This document shows positions 1-11,294 of a DNA stretch of 35,174 nt, one piece after another; position 1 is the stretch's first letter, and each line of letters opens with the position of its first letter. The notes under the pieces are model-generated. The model worked only from the letters and a program-made list of their open reading frames with translations, was not told the origin of the DNA and did not search any database. Position numbers and translations under genes: made by a program. Source of the DNA: Atractiella rhizophila (taxonomy: Eukaryota); the NCBI GenBank assembly GCA_021432655.1, contig MU271343.1, forward strand, positions 1 to 35,174, written 5' to 3'.

Positions 1-191
1 CGTCGTGGTGTGCTGATATTGGTGGTAGGTTGGGCGAGCTTGAATACAAGCGAGAGAGCGTAGGGAACATGCGAACAGGGCTTTGCATGAAGAGCTTCAA
101 GAACACAATTGTTGAACAGCTGAACATGAGCATAAAATTGTCCCAACGGTCGGATGTACGGGCGGAAAACCAAAAGGGAAATAGATTGCTG

Positions 192-671
192 TCAACGCAC
201 GCAGATAATCACGGCAATATTCAAGATAGCTATCTTGATTTCTTTGTTGCTTAAGCACCAATATTTTGCATTTTGTTTTCGCCATTGTGCAACATTTTTT
301 GGTTTCCCTGAATGTCGCAAGCAACCCATTTGTGGAGTTCCATATCCGAGCAGCACATGCTTAGCAGGTTGTTCGAGCGGTATCCCTCCTACTGCAAGCT
401 TATTTATTCCGAGGTTTTGAAGTCTAAGTTCCAATCTTGCTGTCTCTGATCGTTTGGAAAGATCACTCAATCCCATAGCTGTGTGCGCTGTGCTGTCGTA
501 CAAACGAATACTTTCCGGTTTTTCGCCGAGGTTCGAGGATGTATCGGAGACACCTGTAGCTCTGCTTCTCGTGAGTGTTGAATCTACGACGAACGTTGGA
601 CAATTGCCTAGACCTACAGTCGGGACAGTGACGTGACGGCGGAAAACGAGTGGAGATCTGCTCATCCTCAA
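192..671 (-). other. ORF of unknown status kept open in both repeat copies (also 2544-3020)
   Basis: ~159-codon open frame in both copies. No ATG start within the ORF's first codons and no recognisable motif. May be non-coding promoter/UTR sequence. Confidence 0.2.
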
Positions 672-831
672 GGAATGTCAGTTGGGACACGAAGTTGTTT
701 GTCCGTACATTATGGAGGCAGGGACGCAGACCAGCCTTCTTATACCCTGGAACGTCTGCCTGGTCGTGTGCTCTGTCATTTCTGTTTTCTTCGACGTGAA
801 GAGTAGTTAGATTCTAGATTCTGGAATTACG

Positions 832-1013
832 ATGCCGAGACTGGATCTCCAAGAGTAAGTGGGTTACATCTTCATATAATCAGTTGCTGACTGGGGTTTT
901 GCAAGTACCAACCTTGAAAGGGAACGGTTGAATCGAGCACTCCCATTTTCACGCAATCCTTTTGAAACTGCCGAGAACTACAAAGTAATAAGTGATAGGT
1001 CAGGAAGCCATTC
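832..1013 (+). pseudogene. Orphan 5' fragment (exons 1-2) of the LtrA-like gene
   Basis: ATG at 832, exon 832-854, intron gtaagt..gcaag 855-905, exon 906-998, donor gtcagg at 999. Same structure as 3180-3346, but sequence after 1013 is unrelated to LtrA exon 3. Confidence 0.8.
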
Positions 1014-1377
1014 AGTTCGCAAGTGCTGCTACTAGTAGCCATTTAAAGCGATGTCTCAAGAGATGCAGGCTTATAAAGCTGCGACGCTTCTGACTTGCTG
1101 ATGGTTGAGGCAGGCAATTCGGGGACAACAAACGCGGCCACTCGCAATATTCATCAAGCTAAATTTTGCTTCCGTTTTTACCCTGTAATAGCATTATTAC
1201 GAGTGAGTACGGTGTACATGCGATCAAAGTTGGAGAAGGTTTCAAGGGAAGCACTCTCTCACTCTGCGTTATATATATACAGGGAAGACGGTTCTGAAAG
1301 TATTGGACTTATCTGTTGGCTTATCATAAACGGAACAAACCTTTCAAGTTTATCTCAGCGAATGTGGGTGGTACGAA

Positions 1378-2417
1378 TTATCGCATTAGAATATCCCTGA
1401 ACTGATCATTGTCATGTGGGGAATCTTGTCTATCGCCACTGTCAACGAAGGTACCTGCACTTGCTGCATGGCGCATCTTAAAAACCCTTTCGAGTTCTGT
1501 TAACATGTCAGTCTCAAGCTTGCGACCTAGCAGTTCAGCCTCGATTGCCTTCAGGGTTCCGTTCATTGTCAGGCTCCAACGTCTCTTCTCTTCCTCGCCT
1601 ATTGGACCATCCCGACAGGCTCTAAGAGCTTCAGTGTTGTCGTTCGCATCCCACATCGCAGAACTTCAATCATCATCGGTTCAGAAGGTAAACGGAGAGA
1701 AGTAAGAGAGTTGGTGCGCACCGATGACCCTTCTTATTCGACTCATCGATCACCAGTCTCTTTGGCTGCATCAAATACGGAAACTGAGCCGTGATACTTC
1801 CCCTTGTATCGTGTTCCAAGATGGGGGAGATGCGGAACGAGGAACACAATCGATGGTCTTCCGGCCAGAGCGATTCTCGTACAAGCACGTTCGAAATTTT
1901 GTCAGGAAATGTCGACAGAATGTACTCCCGCCCAAGTTTGAGGTGGGAGAAGCTGGGAAACTGTAGGACGATGCGGACACCAAAACCTTTTTTTCGTTTT
2001 TTACTGTTACAATCAAAGCAGAAATTGGTCAATACTCGCTGTTTGCGGAAACTTGGGAAGGACAAACACCACTTCATATCGACAGGCGTAATCTCTCAAG
2101 AACCCTCCTTGTGATGCGGAGCTCCTGGGCCACCACATATTTTCTTTAAACCAGCCAACATATTCCTCTGCTCCATTTTTCATTGAAAAATGCGGAGAAG
2201 AGGGGTGAAGGGTTGCGTAGAAGCCTCGTGGCATGAGCTGTTTGTCCTTCGCGGAGGAACTTGATGAAGGAACTTTCGCTGGAGCAGTCCGTGAGGTGCC
2301 TTGAGATGACGACTTGGTCCAAGTTTCGGATTCGTAGTTGAAGCTCTCGGCGTGGTGCGCTGATATTGGTGGTAGTTTGGGCGAGCTTGAATACAAGCGA
2401 GAGAGCGTAGGGAACAT
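1378..2417 (-). CDS. Hypothetical spliced protein (model uncertain)
   Basis: Successive minus-strand ORFs: MFPTLSRLYSS.., ..GREYILSTFPDK..KKGHR, ..MWDANDNTEAL... An intron gtgcgc..ttgaag joins the last two in frame (GHR/SAMWD). The first junction is unresolved and no domain is recognised. The start is duplicated at position 70. Confidence 0.45.
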
Positions 2418-3361
2418 GCGAACAGGGCTTTGCATGAAGAGCTTCAAGAACAAGTTGTAGAACAGCTGAACATGAACATGAACATAAAATTGTCCCCACG
2501 GTCGGATGTACGGGCGGAAAACCAAAAGGGAAATAGATTGCTGTCAACGCACGCAGATAATCACGGTAATATTCAAGATAGCTATCTTGATTTCTTTGTT
2601 GCTTAAGCACCAATATTTGCATTTTTTTCGCCATTGTGCAACATTTTTTTGTTTCCCTGAATGTCGCAAGCAAGCCATTTGTGGAGTTCCATATCCGAGC
2701 AGCACATGCCTAGCAGGTTGTTCGAGCGGTATCCCTCCTACTGCAAGCTTATTTATTCCGAGGCTTTGAAGTCTAAGTTCCAACCTTGCTGTCTCTGATC
2801 GTTGGGAAAGATCACTCAATCCCTTAGCTGTGTGCGCTGTGCTGTCGTACAAACGAATACTTTCCGGTTTTTCGCCGAGCTTCGAGGATGTATCGGAGAC
2901 ACCTGTAGCTCTGCTTCTCGTGAGTGTTGAATCCACGACGAACATTGGACAATTGCCTAGACCTACAGTCGGGACAGTGACGTGACGGCGGAAAACGAGT
3001 GGAGATCTGCTCATCCTCAAGGAATGTCAGTTGGGACAGGAAGTTGTTTGTCCGTACATTATGGAGGCAGGGACGCAGACCAGCCTTCTTATACCCTGGA
3101 ACGTCTACCTGGTCGTGTGCTCTGTCATTTCTGTTTTCTTCGACGTGAAGAGTAGTTAGATTCTAGATCTGGAAGTACGATGCCGAGACTGGATCTCCAA
3201 GAGTAAGTGGGTTACATCTTCATATAATCAGTTGCTGACTGGGGTTTTGCAAGTACCAACCTTGAGAGGGAACGGTTGAATCGAGCACTCCCATTTTCAC
3301 GCAATCCTTTTGAAACTGCCGAGAACTACAAAGTAATAAGTGATAGGTCAGGAAGCCATTC
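2351..3361. repeat. Direct repeat copy 2 (offset ~2.35 kb from copy 1)
   Basis: Same alignment. Similarity ends abruptly after ggaagccattc (1013 vs 3361), inside intron 2 of the LtrA-like gene. Confidence 0.97.
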
Positions 3362-5918
3362 TAGAATCAGCCAGATTCTGACTGACTCCATCTGAGTATA
3401 GGCTTACCGGTGAGAAAAAGGTGTACGGGAAGCATGGAACGCAACAAGAAGAAGAAGAAGAGGCAGAACTCGTCGATGGTCCTTGGACAGAAGGTCTCAC
3501 GGACTTGTTCTTCGTTGCAGCTTTATCCTCATTTAACCAATCCCAAACCCTCACGACGAGAGGAAACCTTGCGAGCTACGTGGGCTTTTTCACTGTGATA
3601 TGGTGGACATGGACATCACAAGTACGTCGAACCATTGAATCGAGGACAGATTTGACTGAAGTGGTTCTCACAGATCCTTTATGACGTTCGTTATCAAACC
3701 TCGGATCTCTTCCATCGGCTAGTCAAGATCTTCCAGCTAGTCCTTTATGCGACCTGGGCCGGCTACTCTGCGTACCTCGATTTTGGATTCGGCATATTTC
3801 CTGAAGAACCTATCGTGGATGTGGATGGCGACTTATCCGCAGTGAACGACGTAGATGTCACCATCCAGATACGCCGGAATGCCATGGACGATCAAATGAA
3901 AAGAAGCATTCAAACATTCGCATTAGTATATCTCATCTCTCGAGCAGTGCTGCTGCTTCAATACGCACGCCGTACGTGCCGACTATTTTGCATCGTTCGA
4001 GCTCACCTTTATCTGCTGTCATAGTGTTGTATTATGCTTGGATCTCCAAAGCCAACAAACGAACATTCCTTATCCCCATCAGCGTTCTTTGCCTTTCATC
4101 AGCTCTTTGGGGACTGGGATATGTGTTTTTGGTGACATCTGACAGCAAGGTTCCTCTCATTATATCTCAGCTGCTAGATCTAACTTTTCACTAAAGGGCC
4201 TCGCTATTTTACGGCTTGTCTTTTGGTTTGGAGGTATCCTACTAGAAATGTCCGCAGGTAAGTCTCACCTGGAAACTTCGTCAAGTCATCATTCATTGGG
4301 AGAACAGGTTTATGGGAGACGCAGCTAGAAGGTTTTGTTCGATACCGTAAAACGAATGTCGGAGAGAGGCTCGGGCTCTTGACCTTGATCATTATTGGCG
4401 AAGTAAGTTGGGATTTTGTCTTGCCAGCCTAAACTCATGAGTGCTTCAAAGGGGGTCATTGCCCTCGTCTCAGTTGCTCAAGGCGTCATTTATGGGCTCG
4501 GGTTCACTGCCGTCTCCTACATTCAAGTGCTTGTGGCTTTCCTCATCATCTACTGTCTGTGGGGTGAGATTTTTTGTACCGTGTGCCATCCAGGACCTGA
4601 TGACAAGCAGCAATCTACTTCGATGGATTCTCAAGACGCCTGGAGACGGGACGAATCCGATCGATAATCTGGGTCTATTTACACCTCTTTTTGCAACTCA
4701 GCATTGTCTTCACCCTAGCAGGAGTCAGGTCTTCGTTGGCCATTGGAGTAAGCTTTGCGTCTGAAGGTTAGACAGATGTGAACTTGACCATGGTCTTACA
4801 TAGGAAGTAACTGTTACTTCCCGGACCTTGTTTCGCCGTATTCAGACTGGGTTCGACCAGTTGAGTGACAATTATCAGGTGTATACACCTGAGAACATTG
4901 CGTTGGCAGAAGATCTCTCCAAGTTCCAGTTGGATTGGTAAGTGATCCTTTTTGCTCCTGGAAAAATATTCACTCGGCTCGGCCAGGATACCCACAGTGC
5001 GTACTGACATCCTCCTCCTATGGTGGAGTCAAAAGTGAATGTTTCGTCCAGCTGAGAAAGTTGAATGATATTTACCAAGCTGCCTTGAACGGAATACTAA
5101 CCGACGACAACGCGGTACCTACGTTAGGCGTTCTATTCGACACGGATCTAGTGGTGGCAATCTACCAGAAGGCGAATATTGAACTGGGGAGTGACATTTT
5201 AGAATTGCGCGACAGAATCAAAGGAGACTCGAACGAGACGACTTACGGTGGGTGAACTCATCTCTGTCTGTAGCAAAATAATGACGGCTCTCAGATAATC
5301 TTACCCTGCTACAAAATAAGCTGCTAGAGACGGGCTTTCGCCCGACCTTATACGTCTTCCCAGCAGCAGGGTTGTTTCTGACCTTGCTGCTGATGATCAG
5401 GCTCGTAGTTAGGTGGCCGTCAGGTTCGTGTATATTTCTTGAAATGGCGACATCCGCTGAAAAAGAGCAATAGACGTTTACGCGTGGCTCTCGGCAGCGA
5501 CGTTAGGTCTTTTCGGGGGAATACTCATCCTCTTCTTGCTTTTCAGCAAGGGTCGCCATACGATCGAAGGCGTCCTGATTCAAGACTTCAACGCCACTGT
5601 GTACAAGATAGCGAACGCCTCATGGCTGCGTATGTTGTGCCTTATTCATACTGACCGATCATCGCTGATGGTTGTGTTGCAGTGCCAGCCATCTTCATTG
5701 TTTACGTTTTAGTCATCCTGCTGGAACAGGTGCTGTTACGATTGGCGAAGAGGGAGTACAAGAGCCATGGTCAAGGCAGACGGAAAACGAGAAGTTCGTT
5801 TGCATCAGAAAAGAGAAGAGAAAGTCAAGAAAATGGTCTGGCGCTGAGTCAGAATTCACACACACCTTTACAGCAAGACTTTTTGAGGGACGAGTACAGA
5901 GGGCTGCTCACTTCGTGA
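3180..5918 (+). CDS. Low temperature requirement A (LtrA)-like multi-pass membrane protein, multi-exon
   Basis: Exons 3180-3202, 3254-3346, 3401-3621, 3674-.. give MPRLDLQDTNLERERLNRALPFSRNPF..WTEGLTDLFFVAAL..YVGFFTVIWWTWTSQ/ILYDVRYQTSDLFHRLVKIFQ, and later ERLGLLTLIIIGE. These match fungal LtrA-family motifs. Hydrophobic exons continue to the TGA at 5918. Confidence 0.82.
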
Positions 5919-6339
5919 GACATTCAAGGACAATCAAGGACTTTCGTTGCACATCGTTCTATGTACTATCTATATTGTGTTTGCAAATTCCCCCCCGGCA
6001 TCGATTTCGGTCTGTCAAGTATCATTCAGAGCCCACATCCCGGAGACTAAGGTGCGGTGTTAGAACAGTGAAGCTGCTGTTAACGACAATCATTTTAGCA
6101 ATGTAGCCAGGAGCATTTTGTAAAGTCACGTCGAGGTAAGTTCGGGTACGGTGGCTCTCCTCCTCCACAAACAGATGTCAGGTATTAAAATCACACGCCA
6201 ACAATGCGTTGTGGAACCTCTTCAAATCCATTCCTCATTACAATAGAGGCTCCTCCGACTGCGTTCGCAAAATGAATGGCAAGACTCTTCCATGGAGAGG
6301 TCAGTGTTGCGCTTGAAACAAACTGAAAGCCACCTTGTC

Positions 6340-6750
6340 CTCACCAATCCCCACAGAGCTGACGAAACGCAAAGAACCCTAATAGCGACCCGTTCTTTCG
6401 TTACCTTTCGAGATCTAAACGTAATATAGCACTGTGGCAGAATAACTTTGAGCTTTAAACGAAGCAAAATAGGCGTGCGTATTGAAGCAGCAGCGCCGCT
6501 TGAATGCTTCGTTTTATTTGATCTTACACAGCACTCCGTCGTATCTGGATATCGCTGCGAGATCGTCATCAGTTGACGGAAGAGATGCGAGGTTTGCTGA
6601 CAAACTTCATGAAGAACCGTAACAACGTCCTCAACATTGTCCTTCATTCAATGGTTTGACCTACTTGGGCTGTCCATGTCCAAAATATCACGGTGAAAAG
6701 CCCATATAGCTCGCGAGGATTCCTCTCGTCGTCAGGTCCGGAAATGGTTC
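6340..6750 (-). pseudogene. Inverted, decayed partial copy of the LtrA-like gene
   Basis: The reverse complement matches ~3535-4118 in blocks, e.g. acgacgagaggaatcctcgcgagctatatgggcttttcaccgtgatattttggacatggaca vs acgacgagaggaaaccttgcgagctacgtgggctttttcactgtgatatggtggacatggaca. ctgctgcttcaatacgcacgcc is identical. It has a frameshift, an in-frame TAA, internal deletions and retained intron sequence. Confidence 0.9.
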
Positions 6751-7123
6751 TTGCTACAGTAGTTGATTCAACGCAGTTTTGCGGCACTGAAATCCTCGAA
6801 ATAAATCAACAAATGGACAAACACCGTAGAACATTGGAATTTGGGACCCGCAACATAGTCGGAGTTCTCTATTGGCAAGGAGTCAATTCTGGTGTCATTG
6901 ATATGCTCCACTTCGACCCCAAGAAAGCTACACAGGAATACCTCCAACGAGGACTGAGGCTTGTTTTCAATTTTGATTTCTGCGCTACAACACCACCCAC
7001 TTTGAACATGCTTCATATAGAAACCACTTCTGAACAACGATCACAGCTGCTCTCCAAGCAACGAGCACGATTGACGCGGAACGATCACGCAGGCATTCAC
7101 AATGTCCCGTATTCCCTCTCTTG

Positions 7124-7182
7124 AAACTGTGAAACTGTATTGAAGAGGGTAAAAAACTGTGAAACTGTATTGAAGAGGGTAA
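7124..7182. repeat. 30-bp tandem duplication
   Basis: aaactgtgaaactgtattgaagagggtaa occurs at 7124 and 7154. Confidence 0.95.
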
Positions 7183-7701
7183 TATGGGCTGGATTTGAGG
7201 AAAAGGAGTCACTGCAAATGCCACCTCCCGATTTCCCGACTGTTGCGCTTTTGCGATCAACAGTAGAATTAGGGCAATCAGGTATAGGCAAGTCGGGTCA
7301 TGGAAAGAGAAACCCGGAGTCATAAAATGAAGCAACGGGAAGAGACTCACAACACAAAGGGGTACCAAATCTGCCCATTGCCTTAGGAGTTAAATCAAGT
7401 TCCGTCCTTGCCTTCTTTTTTCAACTTATAAGCTCTGCCTTTACATCCAGCTCAAAATCACTCTTTCTCTAACGTTGCCGGTCAGCCCCATCCTCGATAA
7501 CACTCTCCTTGCTAGCTGCGAAGTGGACACAGGAAAGAAGTATCCGCTTAACGCCGTGTCGGATATCGGCGATACTCACATCGGCATTCGGCCGAAGAGT
7601 CATCCTTTGTTTCGCTTCAGTCCTCTAGCCGCCGGTTCTTGCTCCCAAGTTTTTCTAGCCCCAATAAAGGCCGCCACCCGCGCTTGTTCTTCCTGTGACC
7701 C

Positions 7702-7735
7702 CCTTTCGACCAGCCTTTCGACCAGCCTTTCGACC
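7702..7735. repeat. 12-bp tandem repeat, ~2.8 copies
   Basis: cctttcgaccag cctttcgaccag cctttcgacc, upstream of the GT32 gene. Confidence 0.9.
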
Positions 7736-8115
7736 CCAATCCAACGCCAGCCTCCTCCCAAAGCGACGTTCGACTTTGCACTTTTTAGTAGGACTCTGTC
7801 TGTTTGGCGGGGATTGTACACGGCTGAAACGATCGAAAAAGTTACCGGCATTTTGTTTGGAAAGGAAAGAAAGTGTTTGTCATTCTGCATAAAGGTGAGC
7901 TCTTTGCTGCTTTCAGGGTTAGAAGAAGTGAAATCAGTGTGCTGAAGCGCTATCTACTTGCTCAGAACAAAGCATCAAATTCTGTCCAGCCAGTGTCGAA
8001 CGTGCCGCTTCACGTTCCTTAGTACAAGCGAATTAGCTTGGCAACGAAACGTTGCTGTCAGCGAATCTCTCCTCTTCCTTCTGATATTTTCTCTGATCCA
8101 GCATCAACAGGAACC

Positions 8116-9477
8116 ATGTCTCTCCCTCCCTACACGCCAGCCCGGCCATCGCGTCGTGCCAAGCACACAACTCGCAGTCGCAAGCCTCGCTTCCTGCGAT
8201 CACCTTCCCGAAGGTTTCTTCTCTTCTTCACCTCCGTCATAGCCTTCCTCATCATCTTCAAACGACGCGTATATGTCACTTCCACCCTCATACACGCTTA
8301 CACCTACCCCTTCTACCACACAAATGAGGTCCCGTACGAATTCATGAACAGCTCCCTATCAAGCATCTCTTCGGGCTCAGATGCTTCTGATTCGGTCAGC
8401 ACCGACGTGGGCCAGTTGATGGAAGAGAAGGTCCCAAATATCTTCCATTCCCTCTTCCTTACAGGAGGAACGGGCAATGGGAGCTCGATTGAGATGAAGC
8501 CGGATTGGATTAGAGCAGACGATGAATGTCGACGCTTGCATCCCGAAGCCAAGTTCATGAGATGGACAGATGAAAATGCTACGGCTTTCGTTGGGCAGTA
8601 TTACCCCGAAATCTATGATTCTTACATCGGGTACAAGCAGAGTACGCTCTCTTCCTATTCCATCTGGAGACATCGATGTTAACGAGTGGCTATAGACATT
8701 CAGCGCTCAAATATCCTCCGCTATCTTGTCCTCCATCACTACGGAGGCATATACCTTGATCTTGACCTCATGTGCCGCATCAACCTTGACCACTTTCGCT
8801 ACACCTACGACTTCGTTACCCCTCCCGCCGCTCCGTCTGGAGTCAACAACGCATTCATCGCTTCCGCGAAAGGACACCCCTTCTGGAGCTTCATGATCGA
8901 CCACATAAACTATTTCAACCTCCCATACCCATTCCCATACCTCGAAAACATGGCATCCACCGGCTGCTTGTTTTTCACCTCCATCCACCTCATCGCCCCC
9001 TCTTGGATCCGGAACAGCATGTATGTTCTACCCGGAAAGGAGAACAGGCTGAGAGGACGAGTCGTCACCCCGCTGTTTGAACATTTTGGAGCGTCCAGCT
9101 GGCACAAAGGCGACGCGAAGGTGATATTGATGCTCGGACAGACGATTGAGAATTTTTCGCGCTCCGGAGGCTTCCGCATCGTCCTCTTCGTCCTCTTCCT
9201 CCTCGTCGGCTCCTTGGCATATTTGCACTTCAAACGTCGATTGGCGAGGGGAAGGCGGGTGAAACTTGGACCGGACGCGGTGGAGGAAGGAAGGAGGGTG
9301 GAGGAGGAGAGGGATATCATGATGGAGGATTATTCGTTGGATGAGTCCGGGAGCACGGGGATGAGTACGAGCGGAGGAGAGGAGGATGAAGATCAATATT
9401 CGCCGCGTCTGAAGGAGGACAGGAAGGCGAACGCTGGATGGGGAGGAGTGTGGGGGATGGGAAATGAGAAGGTTTGA
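8116..9477 (+). CDS. Glycosyltransferase family 32 (SUR1/CSH1-like inositol-phosphorylceramide mannosyltransferase-like)
   Basis: ATG 8116, N-terminal TM segment, VPNIFH, WTDE. Intron 8642-8695 (gtacgc..tatag) gives KQNIQRSNILRYLVLHHYGGIYLDLD (DxD), followed by GHPFW, ASTG, HFGASSWHKGD and a C-terminal TM. Confidence 0.92.
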
Positions 9478-10657
9478 GTGTTGGCGAGTGGTTTCTTTCT
9501 TCTTGCGTATTTTTTACGTTTGATGAGTGAACGAAGATGACCAGTAGATGTATCGTCCGATCAAATGTCGATTAATATGATTATACCCTGTTCTCTAGAA
9601 TCCAAATGCTCAATGTTAGGGTGTCGTTAGTCTAGTCTCATTTGGGGATCAAAACGGAGCGATTTACGGCATCTAACAAGATCTCACAACTCGCAACAAC
9701 AACAAAACCTGTTAAAACTTGACTGGCTCCTCACCGCCTGATTATATCAACTTATTCACTTGGTAATAGATAGATTAGACGGTCGATCTCGTGTCAGTGA
9801 CCTATTGGGATTGTGATATATGACGACGAATCTTCCCTGAGCCTCCCCTCTCGGCGCGGTTCTCTGAAGTGGACATGAATTGCCCAGAATCACGATGCGA
9901 TGTGACAAAAAGCTTCCAGATGAACTGTGGGCCGTGCTGTGCTGACACTCTCGACTCTGCTTGGTTTGGAATGAGTATGTTCAATGAGTGATCCTTTGAA
10001 AGTCTCCCTCTTCTACATTGGCTTAGGCGTATTCAGGAACAGGCCTCCTGGACAGTTCTCGCAGAGCATTTGCATGAGTGGTTTCCGGTTGCCGCTCATT
10101 TGCCCTCCAGCTACTAGTCCTCAGGCTGCTAATCGCCGCTACTTCCCTGAAATTTGCGAGTACGACATGGAGAGACATGACATCTAGTCCGGATAGTTCA
10201 TGACCTTGCTCAATGTCGCTTTATTGTTCGTTTGGTCCAACAAAAGATTCAAGTCTACTCTGCGCATGAGACGGTCCCTTCTTCTCGAATGAATCGATTT
10301 TCCCGACGTGGTAGAGAAATGTGAATGGCTTTCGGCGTAAGTCCAAGCCCCATAATAGTACAATTCTTTGGGCACTTTGGCGCGTAACAGCGAGGGGGGA
10401 TGTTCAGTACTTGCTTGCCGCTGGGGAAGTAAACTGATCAGCTCTCAGTCAGCAACGCGGCAAAATCTGATGTCGAAGACTGGTCTTCCATCGCCGGCTG
10501 GAACGTTCAATGTGCCACGCCAAGTCTGCCTTTCTCCACATCAACGGTGATCAACGCCAGGGTTGTATTGAACCACCTTCGACGCTCACCACTCAGCGTT
10601 GTTGCGGGAAGAGATGTTCGCTCACATACGAACACCTTGGAGCGATTTAAATGAAGA

Positions 10658-10663
10658 TATAAA
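10658..10663 (+). promoter_or_regulatory. Putative TATA box
   Basis: TATAAA ~70 nt upstream of the ATG at 10730. Confidence 0.55.
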
Positions 10664-10729
10664 GGGCAGGATCCTGTCAGTATTCACTCCAACGCTCTTT
10701 CTGCACCAAAGCGACTCGAACCAACCACC

Positions 10730-11294
10730 ATGAACGTTACTGAAGCTCAACGCATCACCGCTGAAGCATGGGCACACAAGGTGGGATCATTTTGGGCGTC
10801 CCAGCTCCTCTTCACTGTTGAAACTAATCTATCCATCCTTCAGACGCTCGAAGCAGCCGACACGCTGGACACAAATCTTTACGCCTCGCGTTTCGCGTCT
10901 GATGCTAACCTGAAGTTTGGGAACGACCCGACACTGGAAGGCAGGGAGGCCTTCAAGGCATGGCATGGCGCTCAGACCCATGTACTTGATAGCGTGCACC
11001 ACAAGCACGTCTCTGTTTCCCTCTTCTCATAAGGGATTGAAGCTGATCGTCTCGCTCATCTTTAGGCTGCTCACGATTGATGTGCTCCCCAACAAAACCA
11101 TCATCACTACTCGTGTGCACTACAAGTTCAAGGAAGTCGACGAAGAGGTGGTGGTGCCAGTTATGGGTTTCTGGTTGAAAAGCCCCGAGGAAGCGGAGGC
11201 GAGAGGCATGGAAGCATACGGGGATTTCGGACAGGTAAAAGTGAAGGCTTTTGAAAGTATGGAGAAGTTGGGATTGTTACCCCCGCGCCAGTGA
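10730..11294 (+). CDS. Small SnoaL/NTF2-like domain protein (3 exons)
   Basis: Exons 10730-10780, 10844-11004, 11066-11294. ..AADTLDTNLYASRFASDANLKFGNDPTLEGREAF.. resembles the SnoaL-like 'FA.DA...FGN...GR..I' pattern. The second intron needs a GC donor. Confidence 0.75.

Larger units (their letters stand above)
4..1013. repeat. Direct repeat copy 1 (~1 kb; probably continues left of the window)
   Basis: Aligns by eye to 2351-3361, from cgtggtg(t/c)gctgatattgg to gtcaggaagccattc. Roughly 20 substitutions plus a few small indels, counted manually. Confidence 0.97.

Noticed and set aside
4..3361. Direct repeats as LTRs of a retrotransposon
   Set aside because: No TG..CA termini, PBS/PPT or gag/pol motifs between them, and the repeat contains host gene exons.
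3401..3684. LtrA gene appearing 5'-truncated by the repeat
   Set aside because: Exons 1-2 and the ATG (3180) lie inside repeat copy 2 and splice in frame, so this copy is intact.
6222..6647. 141-aa minus-strand ORF as an independent gene
   Set aside because: It overlies the decayed LtrA copy and is mostly read out of frame and through former intron sequence.
7124..7182. 30-bp repeat as CRISPR-like array
   Set aside because: Two adjacent copies with no spacer, in a eukaryotic context with no cas genes.
8313..9396. Minus-strand ORFs within the GT32 gene (and similar antisense ORFs in OPT, esterase, PRP43 and AGO)
   Set aside because: Shadow frames of well-supported genes, with no motifs or splice support.
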